From Octopus vulgaris (taxonomy: Eukaryota): DNA of 64,000 bases. A program made the position numbers and the translations under genes. Positions 27,784 to 39,426 of this stretch are shown piece after piece. Below the pieces are notes generated by a model. It was not told where the DNA came from, made no database searches, and was given only the letters and a program-made list of their open reading frames with translations. Where the stretch lies: contig OX597818.1 in NCBI GenBank assembly GCA_951406725.2, positions 57,722,001 to 57,786,000 on the forward strand. The letters are read 5' to 3'. Each line of letters begins with the position of its first letter. Position 1 is the first letter of the stretch.

Positions 27784-28349
27784 TTCTTCTTCTTCTTCTT
27801 CTTCTTCTTCTTCTTCTTCTTCTTCTTCTTCTTCTTCTTCTTCTTTTCTTCTCCTTCTTCTTCTTCATCATCATCTTCTTCTTCTCCTTCTTCTTCTTCT
27901 CCTTCATTTCTTATTCTTCTTCTTCATCATCATCATCATCATCATCTTCTTCTTCTCCTTCATTTCTTATTCTTCTTCTTCATCATCATCATCATCTTCT
28001 TCTTCTTCTTCTTCTTCTTCTTCTTTTTCTCCTCCTTCTTCTTCTTCATCTTTTTCTTCTTCTTCTTCTTCTTCTTCTTCTTCTTTTTGTCCTTCTTCTT
28101 CTTCTCCCCCATCTTCTTCTTCTTCTTCTTCTTCTTCTTCTTTTCTTCTTCTTTCATCATCTTTTCTCCTTCTTCTTCTTCTTCTTCTTCTTCTTCTTCT
28201 GTTTGTCCTTCTTCTTCTTCTCCCCCATCTTCTTCTTCTTCTTCTTCTTCTTCTTCTTCTTCTTCTTTTCTTCTTCTTTCATCATCTTTTCTCCTTCTTC
28301 TTCTTCTTCTTCTTCTTCTTTTCTTCTTCTTCATCATCATCTTCTTCTT

Positions 28350-28379
<30 letters not shown>
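27745..28379. repeat. Complex (TTC)n/(TCA)n pyrimidine tract
   Basis: About 630 bp, directly visible, with internal higher-order duplications. Confidence 0.95.
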
Positions 28380-28380
<1 letters not shown>

Positions 28381-28857
28381 AATGTTAGACACTTGCTTTG
28401 TATTTGTACAAGTTGGCTCGAAGTCTCACTCAGACACCCGAAGAGATGACAAGTTAGAAGTCCATGTTGGCGTTATGCCTAGGGCGTCATATATTTGGTT
28501 GTGAACATAGTATTGTTGTAGAGAACATTTAAAAAAAAGCATGAAAACTATGAGTTTGTTTTAACATTTGAGATAATCAAACAGTATTTTACTTAGGATA
28601 TGGGCAGCTACCTTAAGCACTATCTTTTTGGATTACTGCTATTTTGGGGTTCCCTGGTATCTGAGCTATGTAGGAATCAGCCCCTTTTGCTATCTTTCTT
28701 AGGGTACCTATGACAACAAATATTGTTTTAGTCTTTAGGTTCCACATTTTGCCAATTCTTATTTAAACATCATTATATTTGCTCAACTTTTGGTAGGTCT
28801 TGATAAATATATTTATGTCGATCGGGAAAATCATATCATTGAGGGGTCATGATTTTG
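28380..28857 (-). mobile_element. Dong/R4-like 3' end with 3' UTR
   Basis: MWNLKTKTIFVVIGTL...IPGNP...IQKIVL..AAHILSKIL; flanked by (TAA)n upstream and (GAA)n downstream on the element strand. Confidence 0.8.
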
Positions 28858-28872
28858 TATTATTATTATTAC

Positions 28873-28928
<56 letters not shown>

Positions 28929-28952
28929 TTATTATTGTTAGTGTTATTATTA

Positions 28953-29031
<79 letters not shown>

Positions 29032-29045
29032 TATTATTATTATTT
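28858..29045. repeat. (TAT)n microsatellite
   Basis: Directly visible. Confidence 0.95.
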
Positions 29046-29399
29046 TGAGCACTATTATTATCTCTTCAATGACACTGAGATTTTTATGTTTATAATTGCT
29101 CAAGACGTTATCGATTAAAAAGGAAATTTAGTGCCATCTATATTATGAGGTAGCTGTTTAATATTCCTCAACTCGACGGCCAAGTGATAGCATTTATGAT
29201 AGAATAGTCACACGTATTTGACACCTCTGAACGGGAAATGAGAAGAAATCATGAGATGTGCCAAGCTTTCGTGTGACAGTAAATTCTTCCTTGATACGTA
29301 AAAAAACATGATTTTACCAAATACGTTTATGAGAAACTATATTGAAATTCGTAGGTGTTAACTCTGGCCTACCACGAATGGAATATTGCAATAAGGCAG

Positions 29400-30245
29400 T
29401 GTGACCGAAGATGAACAGCGCTGTAAACAATAATAATAACGACAACACTAACAACTAACACATTTACAGAGCAAAAGTACCCCATAGCTTTTAAGTTAAA
29501 GGAAGCCTTCCAGGTGTTTAAATCAAAAGACCCCGAGCTCAAAATTTGTACAGCTAAGGCCAAAGGAATGCTGGTACATATAATGTGTGTGTATTGCACC
29601 ATTCATCAGAATGTCAAATTAATGATTTCTGGCATGAAACTATCTGATTTAACTAAGGATATGAAGCATCACTTGATTGATTATGAACAAGGTTTGGAAT
29701 CAATTACGTGCAACCCAACAAGAAACGACTGATATATGGACAACTGTTCATATCGTAATTCTTTGCTGAAAGACCTTGAAAAATTCTTATATGAAATAGG
29801 TAAGGTGTATATGATTGATGAAGCACGGTATAAGCAATGGCTAACAACAGACAGAACAAACCTAGAAAATATACCAAAATGAGCATATGATTTTATTGAA
29901 ATTTTCTGTCAAAAGCACTTAAAGTACATAATTTCACTGCAAAGAACAATTTAAATTCTGTACTTCAAGAAAAGAATCTTTAAGTGAAGGAGACATCGTA
30001 GTCATAGCAGATTTCTCAGATAATTATTCATTCATCTTGCAAGATGTCATGCGAACAATACCCAAGCCACTATCCATCTGTTTGTCTGAAATTATAAACA
30101 AAACAGCGATATGACTAACATTAGGGTTATTATTATATCCGACTGTGTGAAGCATGATACGGTAGCAGTCCATCTCTTCCCCAAAAAAGGCTGACAAATT
30201 TTCTTTGGGACAGAGCCTTTAATGTCAACAAAATTATCTATTTTT
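29400..30245 (+). pseudogene. Decayed DDD transposase, Sola2-like
   Basis: Fragments CV.CTIHQNVKLM, WLTTDRTNL, ADFSDNYSFILQD, QATIH, ISDCVKHDTVAVHLF and KIIYF across frameshifts. Confidence 0.65.
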
Positions 30246-30283
30246 GTTTTAAAAAAATCATGTTCATTTCATACATAATTACC

Positions 30284-33200
30284 TTATGAATGGATTCTTT
30301 TATAAAACTACCATGATAAGCTAAAACTCACAAAAACATAAATGATAAAACCTCCCTTTACTAAACACTATAACATACTTATATAGCAATCCCTTTAACC
30401 TATACATTCACACACAAATACACACACGTAAACCACACACCCATAACAAATACAAACACCCACCCCACTCACACACACCCACAACTACATATAAGCCTCA
30501 ACATATACACCAAACAAAATTACTTTACCAAGGAACTTAACATATGTATAAAAAGTATAACCGCTCTGGAAACGAACATCTTTTAAAATAATGAATGGAG
30601 AAATGGAATAAATGGAATTAAAAATAATATTCACGTGGCAAAACGAATAAGGTACACACACCCATAATAAATATAAGTGCCCACTTCATTCGCGCGTACC
30701 TAGAATTGCATGTGAGCCTCAACATATACACCAAACGGCCACTCCCGCCCCACACGGACAAATAAACACATACATCCCCAAACATGGGCGTAATCCCACT
30801 CACACCAATCATATATGTATACAATTATACACACTAGAATAATACATAACTAACCTAAATATACAGAACATACCAAAAATCACCAACAAACCACCATCAT
30901 AAATGAAACCCACACCCATACAATGACAAAACTCCCCCCTTCATACCCAATTTACACCCACATAGCAATCCCAATATATTTATCCATACATGGACGCACG
31001 TGCGTGAAGCACATGCACACTACAAATACGTACAACCCCCCAATACACACTCATATACATACGTATCAAGCTCGACATCCACAGCAATACGCTTACACCC
31101 ACTCACACCCAGATGGGTGAACTGCACAACCAAGGAACGCACACACACACGTGTGCGTATTTTGATTGTGCAATTCGCCCATCTGCTTGTATGCGGGCGC
31201 GATTACACCGTTGCACATATCGAGCCCAACTAGCATGCATATGTACATGTGAGGGGGTACACGCACATGCCGTGCGCGTGTACCCCCCGCATTTATACCC
31301 GTGCGTGAATATACACATGGAGACTACCACACAGGTACAAATGTGTATAGTAAAGGGAGCCCCATCACTACACTCAATGTATACTCTCACCCATCCGCAC
31401 GGATGTGAAAGTGAATCACCGGTGTATATATTGAGGCTAATACGTAGCGCTGTGGAGGCGAACGTCGTTGTAATTGTGAATGAATGGGTGGAGTTGGGAT
31501 TTGTAACCGGGTGGTGGGCTAGCGTTGCTTAGAATTGAGAATGGAATAGTGTAGTAATAAGGTAGGCATCGAGAATAGACTTGGGTTACTGCAAATTGAT
31601 TGTTAGAGCTGCTAAGATGAGCTAAAGCTCATAAATGTATATAATAATTTATTATGGTAGTTTTATTAAAGAATCCATTCATAATAAATAAATTTTTTTT
31701 AAGTAGTGTTGGTTTGCCACGTGGATATAGTTTTTAGTTCAATTTATTCTATTTCTCCATTCATAATTTTAAATGACGTTTACTTTCCATGGCGCGTATT
31801 CTTTTTATACATAAATTATATTTCTATGGTAACGTAATTTTGGTTGATTTTTTTAACGGCTTAGAATTTAATTTCACTTCATAATTTGAAACTGACTTGT
31901 AAGTATGTATTTTATTTCTCCTTATGTCATATTGTTATTTTTGATATTCTGGTTAATTACGATGTATTTAATGTTGTTTTTCATTGGAGTGTTTATGTAT
32001 ATGAGATTGTGTGTGAGTTTTTAGTTGTATAATTTATTTATCTGTATGAGTGTGGGTGTGTAAATATTGTTGTATATATCGAGTTTAGTGAGTATGTATA
32101 TGCGTATATGTGAGGGAGTATATGTATCTGTTGTGTGTGTGTTTTGCGTGTGTGTGTGTTTGTGTGTGAATGTGTATATGGGTTTGTTATTTAGGTTTTG
32201 GGATGTATGTGTTAATTTGTCTGTGTGGGGAGGGAGTGGGTTTTTGGTGTATATTGAGGTTTATAAGTTAGTATAGGTATGTGTGAGTGAGGTGGGTATT
32301 TGTATAAGTCGTGGGTCTGTGGTTTACGTGTGTGTATTTGTGTGTGAATGTTTAGGTTAGGGGGGATTGCTATATAGGTTTGTTATAGAGTTTAGCAAAG
32401 GTGATTTTATCGTTATATGTTTTTAAGAGTTTGGTTTATCATGGTTTTTTTTAGAGAATTCGTGGTAATTTGTCTACTTTCGATGTTGGTTGTTTTATTA
32501 CATTGTTTCATTCATAATTTTTGAGTGGTGTTCGTTTTGCCACGTGAATATTATTTTTAATTCCATTTATTCCATTTCTCCATTCATTATTTTAAAAGAT
32601 GTTCGTTTCCAGAGCGGTTATACTTTTTATACATATGTTAAGTTCCTTGGTAAAGTAATTTTGTTTGGTGTATATGTTGAGGCTTATATGTAGTTGTGGG
32701 TGTGTGTGAGTGGGGTGGGTGTTTGTATTTGTTATGGGTGTGTGGTTTACGTGTGTGTATTTGTGTGTGAATGTATAGGTTAAAGGGATTGCTATATAAG
32801 TATGTTATAGTGTTTAGTAAAGGGAGGTTTTATCATTTATGTTTTTGTGAGTTTTAGCTTATCATGGTAGTTTTATAAAAGAATCCATTCATAATTTTTG
32901 TGTTTATTTGTCTGTGTGGGGTTGAGTGGGTTTTTGGAGTATATGTTGAGGTTTATATGTATGTATAGGTATGTGTAAGTGGTGTGGGTATTTGTATATG
33001 TCGTGGGTGTGTGGTTTACGTGTGTGTATTTGTGTGTGAATGTTTAGGTTAGGGGGATTGCTATATAGGTATATTATAGAGTTTAGTAAAGGGAGATTTT
33101 ATCATTATATGTTTTTATGAGTTTTGGTTTATCATGGTAGGTTTGTTAAGGAATTCGTAGTAATTTGTGTCTATTTGCGATGTCTGTTGTTTTATTGCAT

Positions 33201-33967
33201 TGTTTCATTCATAATTTTTAAGTAGTGTTCGTTTTACCAAGTGAATATAATTTTTAATTCCATTTATTCCATTTCTCCGTTCATAATTTTAAGTGATGTC
33301 CGTTTCTAGAGCGTGAATGTGGGTTGTATGTGTGTGTGTGGGAGTATGAATAAGTATTGTGTTGAAGTATTTAGCTATTTTATTTATTTATAGTTGCCTA
33401 GACGTTTTTATGTGTATGTATAGGGATATATATATAAGTGTGTGATTTAGTGTATGTAGTTAGATATGGTTATATATAATTAGTTATATGTGTATGGGTG
33501 TATATATAGTTTATTATTATATTATTATTATTTTTTTGTTTTGTTTTATATTTTATATTTTATATTTTATATTTTATATTTAATTGTTGATAGGTTTATT
33601 TTAGTTTATATATTGTTTATATATTGATTATATATGGATTATATATAGGTTATATATGGATTATATATTTATATTTTTTCATTAATACTTTAATTATTTT
33701 AAAATTATTATTTTTATATTTTAAAATATTGATATTTTAGATTGGAAGTCCACCTGAAGATTGTCGATCAAGACAAGAAACAATTGTAGTGGCGGTTTTT
33801 TTGACTATTTATTAAAATTTTATGTATTGATTAAGTCTTTCCTTGTTTGTTTTGCAAAATAGTGGTTTTGTCTCTAATAATATTTTATAATATTTTACTA
33901 TAAAATTGGATTTAATCCTAAATCTGATTTTTTCCCTGTAAATTTGGATTTATTCCCTAATATTTAT

Positions 33968-33975
<8 letters not shown>
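30284..33975 (+). mobile_element. Non-coding PLE-derived element with 5' inversion, ~350-400-bp tandem subunits and a terminal HHR
   Basis: 30284-30647 is an inverted copy of 32531-32894 (364 bp). Strand composition flips from CA-rich to GT-rich near 31400. Diverged subunits lie at ~31620, 32200, 32640 and 32900, followed by a T-rich tract, an HHR and (TA)n. Confidence 0.7.
33750..33792 (+). ncRNA. Minimal type I hammerhead ribozyme with canonical core
   Basis: ccac-CTGAAGA-ttgtc-gatcaa-gacaa-GAAAC-aatt-GTA-gtgg; helices I and II are perfect; palindromic acaattgt replaces helix III. Confidence 0.9.
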
Positions 33976-33998
<23 letters not shown>

Positions 33999-35345
33999 AT
34001 GATATTACTGCACAAGTGGCATTGTTCTCTGTACCTATTTGCCTTTACGAATATTCTTTTAAACATTGCTAGAGAGTGGTTGATGACCCTCGGTAGATAT
34101 TTCATACATTTATTTCTAAATTATTTTTTATAAGATAGATTCCTGAAATATCCATGCATTTGTGAATCTCCAAGTGTATTTTATAACAGTAGTGTCATCA
34201 AAGAAAAATGAAAACTTAGAATCTAATATTTATGATACACGTCTCCATTTCTCATAATAATTCTCAAGATTTACTTTGATATCTACATACATTGCGCATG
34301 AAAAGAATCTTTGTACGAATTTTGTATTATCGACAGAAGCAGTCATTGTAACGAATGTTAATTAGCACATCTAACTTTATTTTAATATGCAGTTTAGAAC
34401 GCCGGGAATTGCAGAAAGCGTGCCAAGACATCATTCCTGTAGACGACAAATGCTAAAGAGTATATATTATATCGACTGAATTTGATAATTAACGTGATAC
34501 AACCTCACAGGTATATAGCAATTCATTTTTAGCCTCAAAGGTACTTATTTGAATGATAGGATATCTTTTGTGAATCATAAGTAATATTAGAATCCGTTCA
34601 GGATTTTAATACAAGCAAATAACGATCGAGTGTTGGATACAAGAAATATGTATTACACACCATTTTCCACACAGATTTACATGCATACATCCACATATAC
34701 AGTTGCTGAAATAAAGTTTTCCAACGTAGGCAAAAGCCAGGAACTTTGTGGAGAAAGGGTTAACAGAAACTGCTGACCCACGTTGTTATATGATACTTAG
34801 TTTTATCCACTTACCAAAGCAGGAAATCCGAAAGCACAAACTGAATTTGGAAATGTAAAAAGTCATTTAAACCGACTCTCTAACCAGATTTTGGCATCCC
34901 ATTGTTCTTTGGTGGCTACGTATTATGTATAATTAGCACAGATGATACGAAATGCATTGTTTAAAATGTGGACGCATCTTCAACACTTTCAATATACAGG
35001 CTTTTCTGAATATCTAATAGTGTAGCAGTAAAGATGTCAGTGGCTTTTACATGATGAAAGTAAAGTAAAAGGTAAACTGATGGATCTGTGGCTTAATGAT
35101 GTTAATGATGGAGATGCAGGACACAACATGCATGAAATCGACAAGAAAATTTCACATTAGTATCACGGGTGACATTCACAAGCTATCTACAGGTAGGGCA
35201 AAATATGTTATGTTAGAATTGGCACAAAGTTAACTTGAAGTTATTGTATATAAACTTTATACATATACACGTACATACATACACACATACAAACATACAT
35301 ACATACACACACATATATCTTTCGGTGCCAACGGTTTTCATACAG

Positions 35346-35808
35346 GGTGCCGTGTCTTAAAATCATGTAAATAATAATAATGGTATTTATATAAGCCTAA
35401 AGCTTACGTTGATCACCGTGCAATGGCCAAGGAAAATAGTCTGATAAATGGGCATATAAGCCAACGACAGAAAACAGAGGCTTTCCTATCCGCGTTGGAC
35501 TCGAACTCGCATCCCTTTGTTCATTCGACTGTGTTATCTTTACGCCAGCGAATCAGCTTCCTTGTTCCTGTCTATTTTAAGAACAATACTAGTTTGTATT
35601 TTTTTTAGTAAACAAACTTTCTATATCCATTCGATGCGAATCGATCTAATATACGGTGCCGTGTTTTACAATCCTGTAAAGAATAATAATGTTATTTATA
35701 TAAGCCTAATACTTATGGTGATCACCGGGCAATGACTGACGAAAATAGTCTAAAAACTGGGCATTTAAGCCCATGACAGAAAAAAGAAGGCTTTCCTATC
35801 CACGTGGG
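35346..35808. repeat. Diverged ~155-bp direct repeat (35346-35498 and 35655-35808)
   Basis: Both copies read ggtgccgtgt..taa..taataat..tatttatataagcctaa..tgatcaccg..gaaaatagtct..gggcat..gacagaaaa..ggctttcctatcc. Confidence 0.8.
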
Positions 35809-37595
35809 TCGATGGCATATTTCGAGTCGACGGTGTCTTTTGTTATATTTACGATTTCCTTTGCAACATAGGCAGTTTATCTCTAAACTTGATTTAGATT
35901 TGGGGCAAAGATCCAATAACACCTTCTAGATACATTTCTGTATGTTAATGTGTCACATAGAAAATAAGTTGGTAAACCTGGACTTACCCGAGTTATCCAA
36001 TAAATTTGTAGTTGTAAATTAAATGGATGCTGTTAAAATACATAGCAATATGGTGCATAATCTCAAGATTAAAGAAAATGCTTAAAACATATTGATCAGA
36101 AACTGTTCTGATAAATCTACAGAAGTATATCCCAACTACGTTATACATTTTCGGTTACCTTTTTAATTGTGTTTCGCTTTTTGATGTGAGTGCAAAATTT
36201 GGACAATTCATTAGATGATTTCAAACTACCTCAATAACTACATACAAATATTGTGTACATGTTCGACACATTCCTGCTCTCCAATATCCCTCAATATCGT
36301 ATCGTCTTTTGATTCCGTATTATTTGTTTGCTGCAAGATCCTTTCTTTCACAGAACTTTAATAACTTATCTTCTTGGGCATTAAGTTTCTCCAGGTGATA
36401 TTACTTTCAAGTATGTAATCAGATCTCCCAGATTATTCTAGTTTTATGTTGAAACCTCAAACGATATATGCTTGTGTGCGCCGAATTCGGCGTATCTCCG
36501 TATTTTCTTAACTATATTTAATTAAAATTGATTTTAATTATTTCTCTAGAACGATTTTTACACATTTTCGAAAATTTACTGTGCAATATTTCATTATTTC
36601 CACAATTGAATTTGTAATTTTCAGTCGGATTAAGTATTACAAAATCTTTCTTGAGGCGATACAAATCTTATTCTGCTGACGAATATTTCTTAGAATATGT
36701 AAATTTCCATTCAATGGATTACCCTTAATCTTGAATATCCTTTAAAATTACAGATTTTTGAGTTTTCATTTAGGGAAGACGCGAAATTATCAGCATTACG
36801 TGCTTCGACGCAAAACACAAAGTTTCTGTCGACTTTGTATGGCTGCTACATGTTCATACTTAATTAAATACTGCAAGTATATTTTCAAGTATATATGCAA
36901 ATATTAAAAAAAATACGTAAATTATTAACTAGCATTCATACGTACATGCGTGTTTGATAGTTTTACTCAAATAACTTTGAATATAAAATAGTTATTTAAC
37001 CACCTATATAAATACGTATTTAAAATGTGTTTCTGCACGTGATATAACATTATAGCCTGAAAAAATGTTAAACATTTCTAAATATCTTGTGTGATAGATA
37101 ACATCAAAAATGAAGCAATCGAGGAACGTAAAATTAGTCTGAGACTTACACGCAAAATAAAGAACAGAGAATATTGAAGATTCCGATGTCAAAGTAGATA
37201 GGATGTGGATTAAGACATTAATAAAAATATCAATAAAAGTAAGAAAAAAAATTGCAAGTAAATATCATGTTTTTTTCAATATATATATGGCTGCTAATGA
37301 CACTTCATAGAAAATATTTCCTTAATTTTTCACACAGACATTAAAAAATATATTCTTCAAAAGAAAACGTGAGATTAAATTGATAGAATATGTTTACTTG
37401 ATATATATTTATGTAAAGTAATTGATTTTTTTTTCTTAGTCTGCAACTAAATAGCAGTTTTCACGCAGTTGGATCTGATACTGACTCGAATAATAAAGAT
37501 ATACTAAATATGTTTTTAATCATGTGTCTATTATATTTGTCAATGCAATGTTCATATCATACAGTATATTATACTTACTTTGTATATTTCATTCT

Positions 37596-37596
<1 letters not shown>

Positions 37597-37654
<58 letters not shown>

Positions 37655-37712
37655 GTTGTTGTTGTTGTAGTTGTTGTTGTTGTTTTTCTTGTTGTTGTTG
37701 TTGTTGTTGTTA

Positions 37713-37747
<35 letters not shown>

Positions 37748-37808
37748 TATTATTTATTATTATTATTATGATCATTATTATTATTATTATTATCATTATT
37801 ATTATTAA
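37597..37808. repeat. (TAT)n-(TGT)n-(TAT)n compound microsatellite
   Basis: Directly visible. Confidence 0.95.
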
Positions 37809-38317
37809 TGCCTTTCGTGGTATTTTCATATTGTGTATTATACAGCATATTATAATTATTGCTAGTAAAATTAATATAAACATGATGAAGCTTTGATGTA
37901 ATTGTTCAAGAAGAAAACTTTTTTCAGATTTATGTCACGCCATCACACCACATACATACGCGTTTGTCTTTCAAAGAGATTGCTGTAATATAATATATTA
38001 TATGCTGATTATAAGATTATGATATCATGTAGCATTACTCTAGTAAATATGTTTGTAAAAATGAGAATTTTATTATAAATATACTAGTGATATTTTAGAA
38101 TTAAGTTTTATTGAAGTCTATATTATGTGGTAGTAGCTAATGTATATGTTTCAATATTTAGTTATATAGGTTGTTTAATGACGTTATGCTACTTCGTAAA
38201 AGGTATCTCTTTTCAAAAGTGGAAAGAAACAGAAGACTCAAAGAGAGAAGATAAAATTGTAGTTATCTTAGGCCAATGACCCCAATAATGCTCCCCAATA
38301 ATGTTTCGCATAATTTT

Positions 38318-38643
38318 TGTTATCGCTAGTCCTAACTCACCGTAAATTCAATATCATCATGACCGATATTCAAACTACAGTGGAGAAGGCTAGCCACAGG
38401 ATTTTGTTAAAAAGAGACGACGAGCGACGGCTAGAAGAATATTGAGCTTTATTTGATAAACAGCTGATCTAGCAAGCGGAGCCTCATATCAGTGAGGGGA
38501 AGCGGTGCGCATTGATGCCGTCGAGAGGTAGGCCCCGAAACGGCGCGCATTCTCTCCTGATGATCCCATACACTTGCTGGCTTCCGGTATGCGGAGATTT
38601 TGACTGGTAGCACTTGCATGTGCAAGTTGTTTGCAAAACATCA
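38318..38643 (+). mobile_element. Second, shorter HERO-like 3' end
   Basis: Colinear with 7620-7943 and shares the same 3' terminus (ttgtttgcaa.acatc). Confidence 0.88.
38478..38563 (+). ncRNA. Candidate permuted hammerhead-like motif in the HERO 3' UTR (copy 2, all core nucleotides intact)
   Basis: GCCG-TC 38517-22; GAGAG 38523-27; AGGCCCC-GAAA-CGGC 38530-44; CTCTC-CTGATGA 38552-63; upstream GGAGCCT 38478-84. Confidence 0.55.
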
Positions 38644-39025
38644 TGTATACACAAAGTAGTGCTTCAGCTCTCGATTTATATGTTTTAGATTATCGTTCAT
38701 GGTTCTACAGTTGGGTGTTATATTAAACTGCTAAACTTTCAGCATATTGAAACATTGCACAAATTACTCCGCTTCCCTTTTAATGATAGTAACACCTCTG
38801 CATAGAGAAGAAATGATTTTTGTGTGATTGATAGCTTGTCGCGAATTCATTGGTTTTCTAGTGACATTTATATCTATCAGCACATGCTGCTGTGTAGTAT
38901 AACAGTTCACATCATATCAGAATAATAATTATAACATTAGATTGAATGTTATAATTTCGAGAGCTAGTTCAATTTGGTTAGAAAACTTTTACACCTAGCT
39001 TTCATTCTGCTCATGTTAAACATCT

Positions 39026-39426
39026 TATTTCTTTATTGCTCACAAGGGGCTGAACATAGAGGGGACAAACAAGGACAGAGAAATAGATTAAGTCGATTAT
39101 ATCGACTCCAGTCCGCAACTGGTACTTAATTTATCGACCCCGAAAGGATGAAAAGCATATCGACCTCGGCGCAATTTGAACTCAGAACGTAACAGCAGAC
39201 GAAATACCTATTTCTTTACCACCCACGAGGGGCTACATACAGAGGGGACAAACAAGGACAGACAAAAGGATTAAGTCGATTATATCGACCCCAGTGCGTA
39301 ACTGGTGATCGACCCCGAAAGGATGAAAGGCAAAGTCGACCTCGGCGGAATTTGAACTCAGAACGTAGCGGCAGACGAAATACCGCTAAGCATTTCGCCC
39401 GGCTTGCTAACGTTTCTGCCAGCTCG
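39026..39426 (-). mobile_element. Tandem pair of SINE family B (one full, one head-truncated)
   Basis: Two consecutive copies joined at ~39208. Confidence 0.88.

Noticed and set aside
27638-29103. Poly-S/F/L/K/E/I ORFs
   Set aside because: Translations of (TTC)n and (TAT)n triplet repeats.
30284-33310. Repeat array considered as CRISPR-like
   Set aside because: Units are hundreds of bp, diverged and without unique spacers; eukaryotic context and no cas genes.
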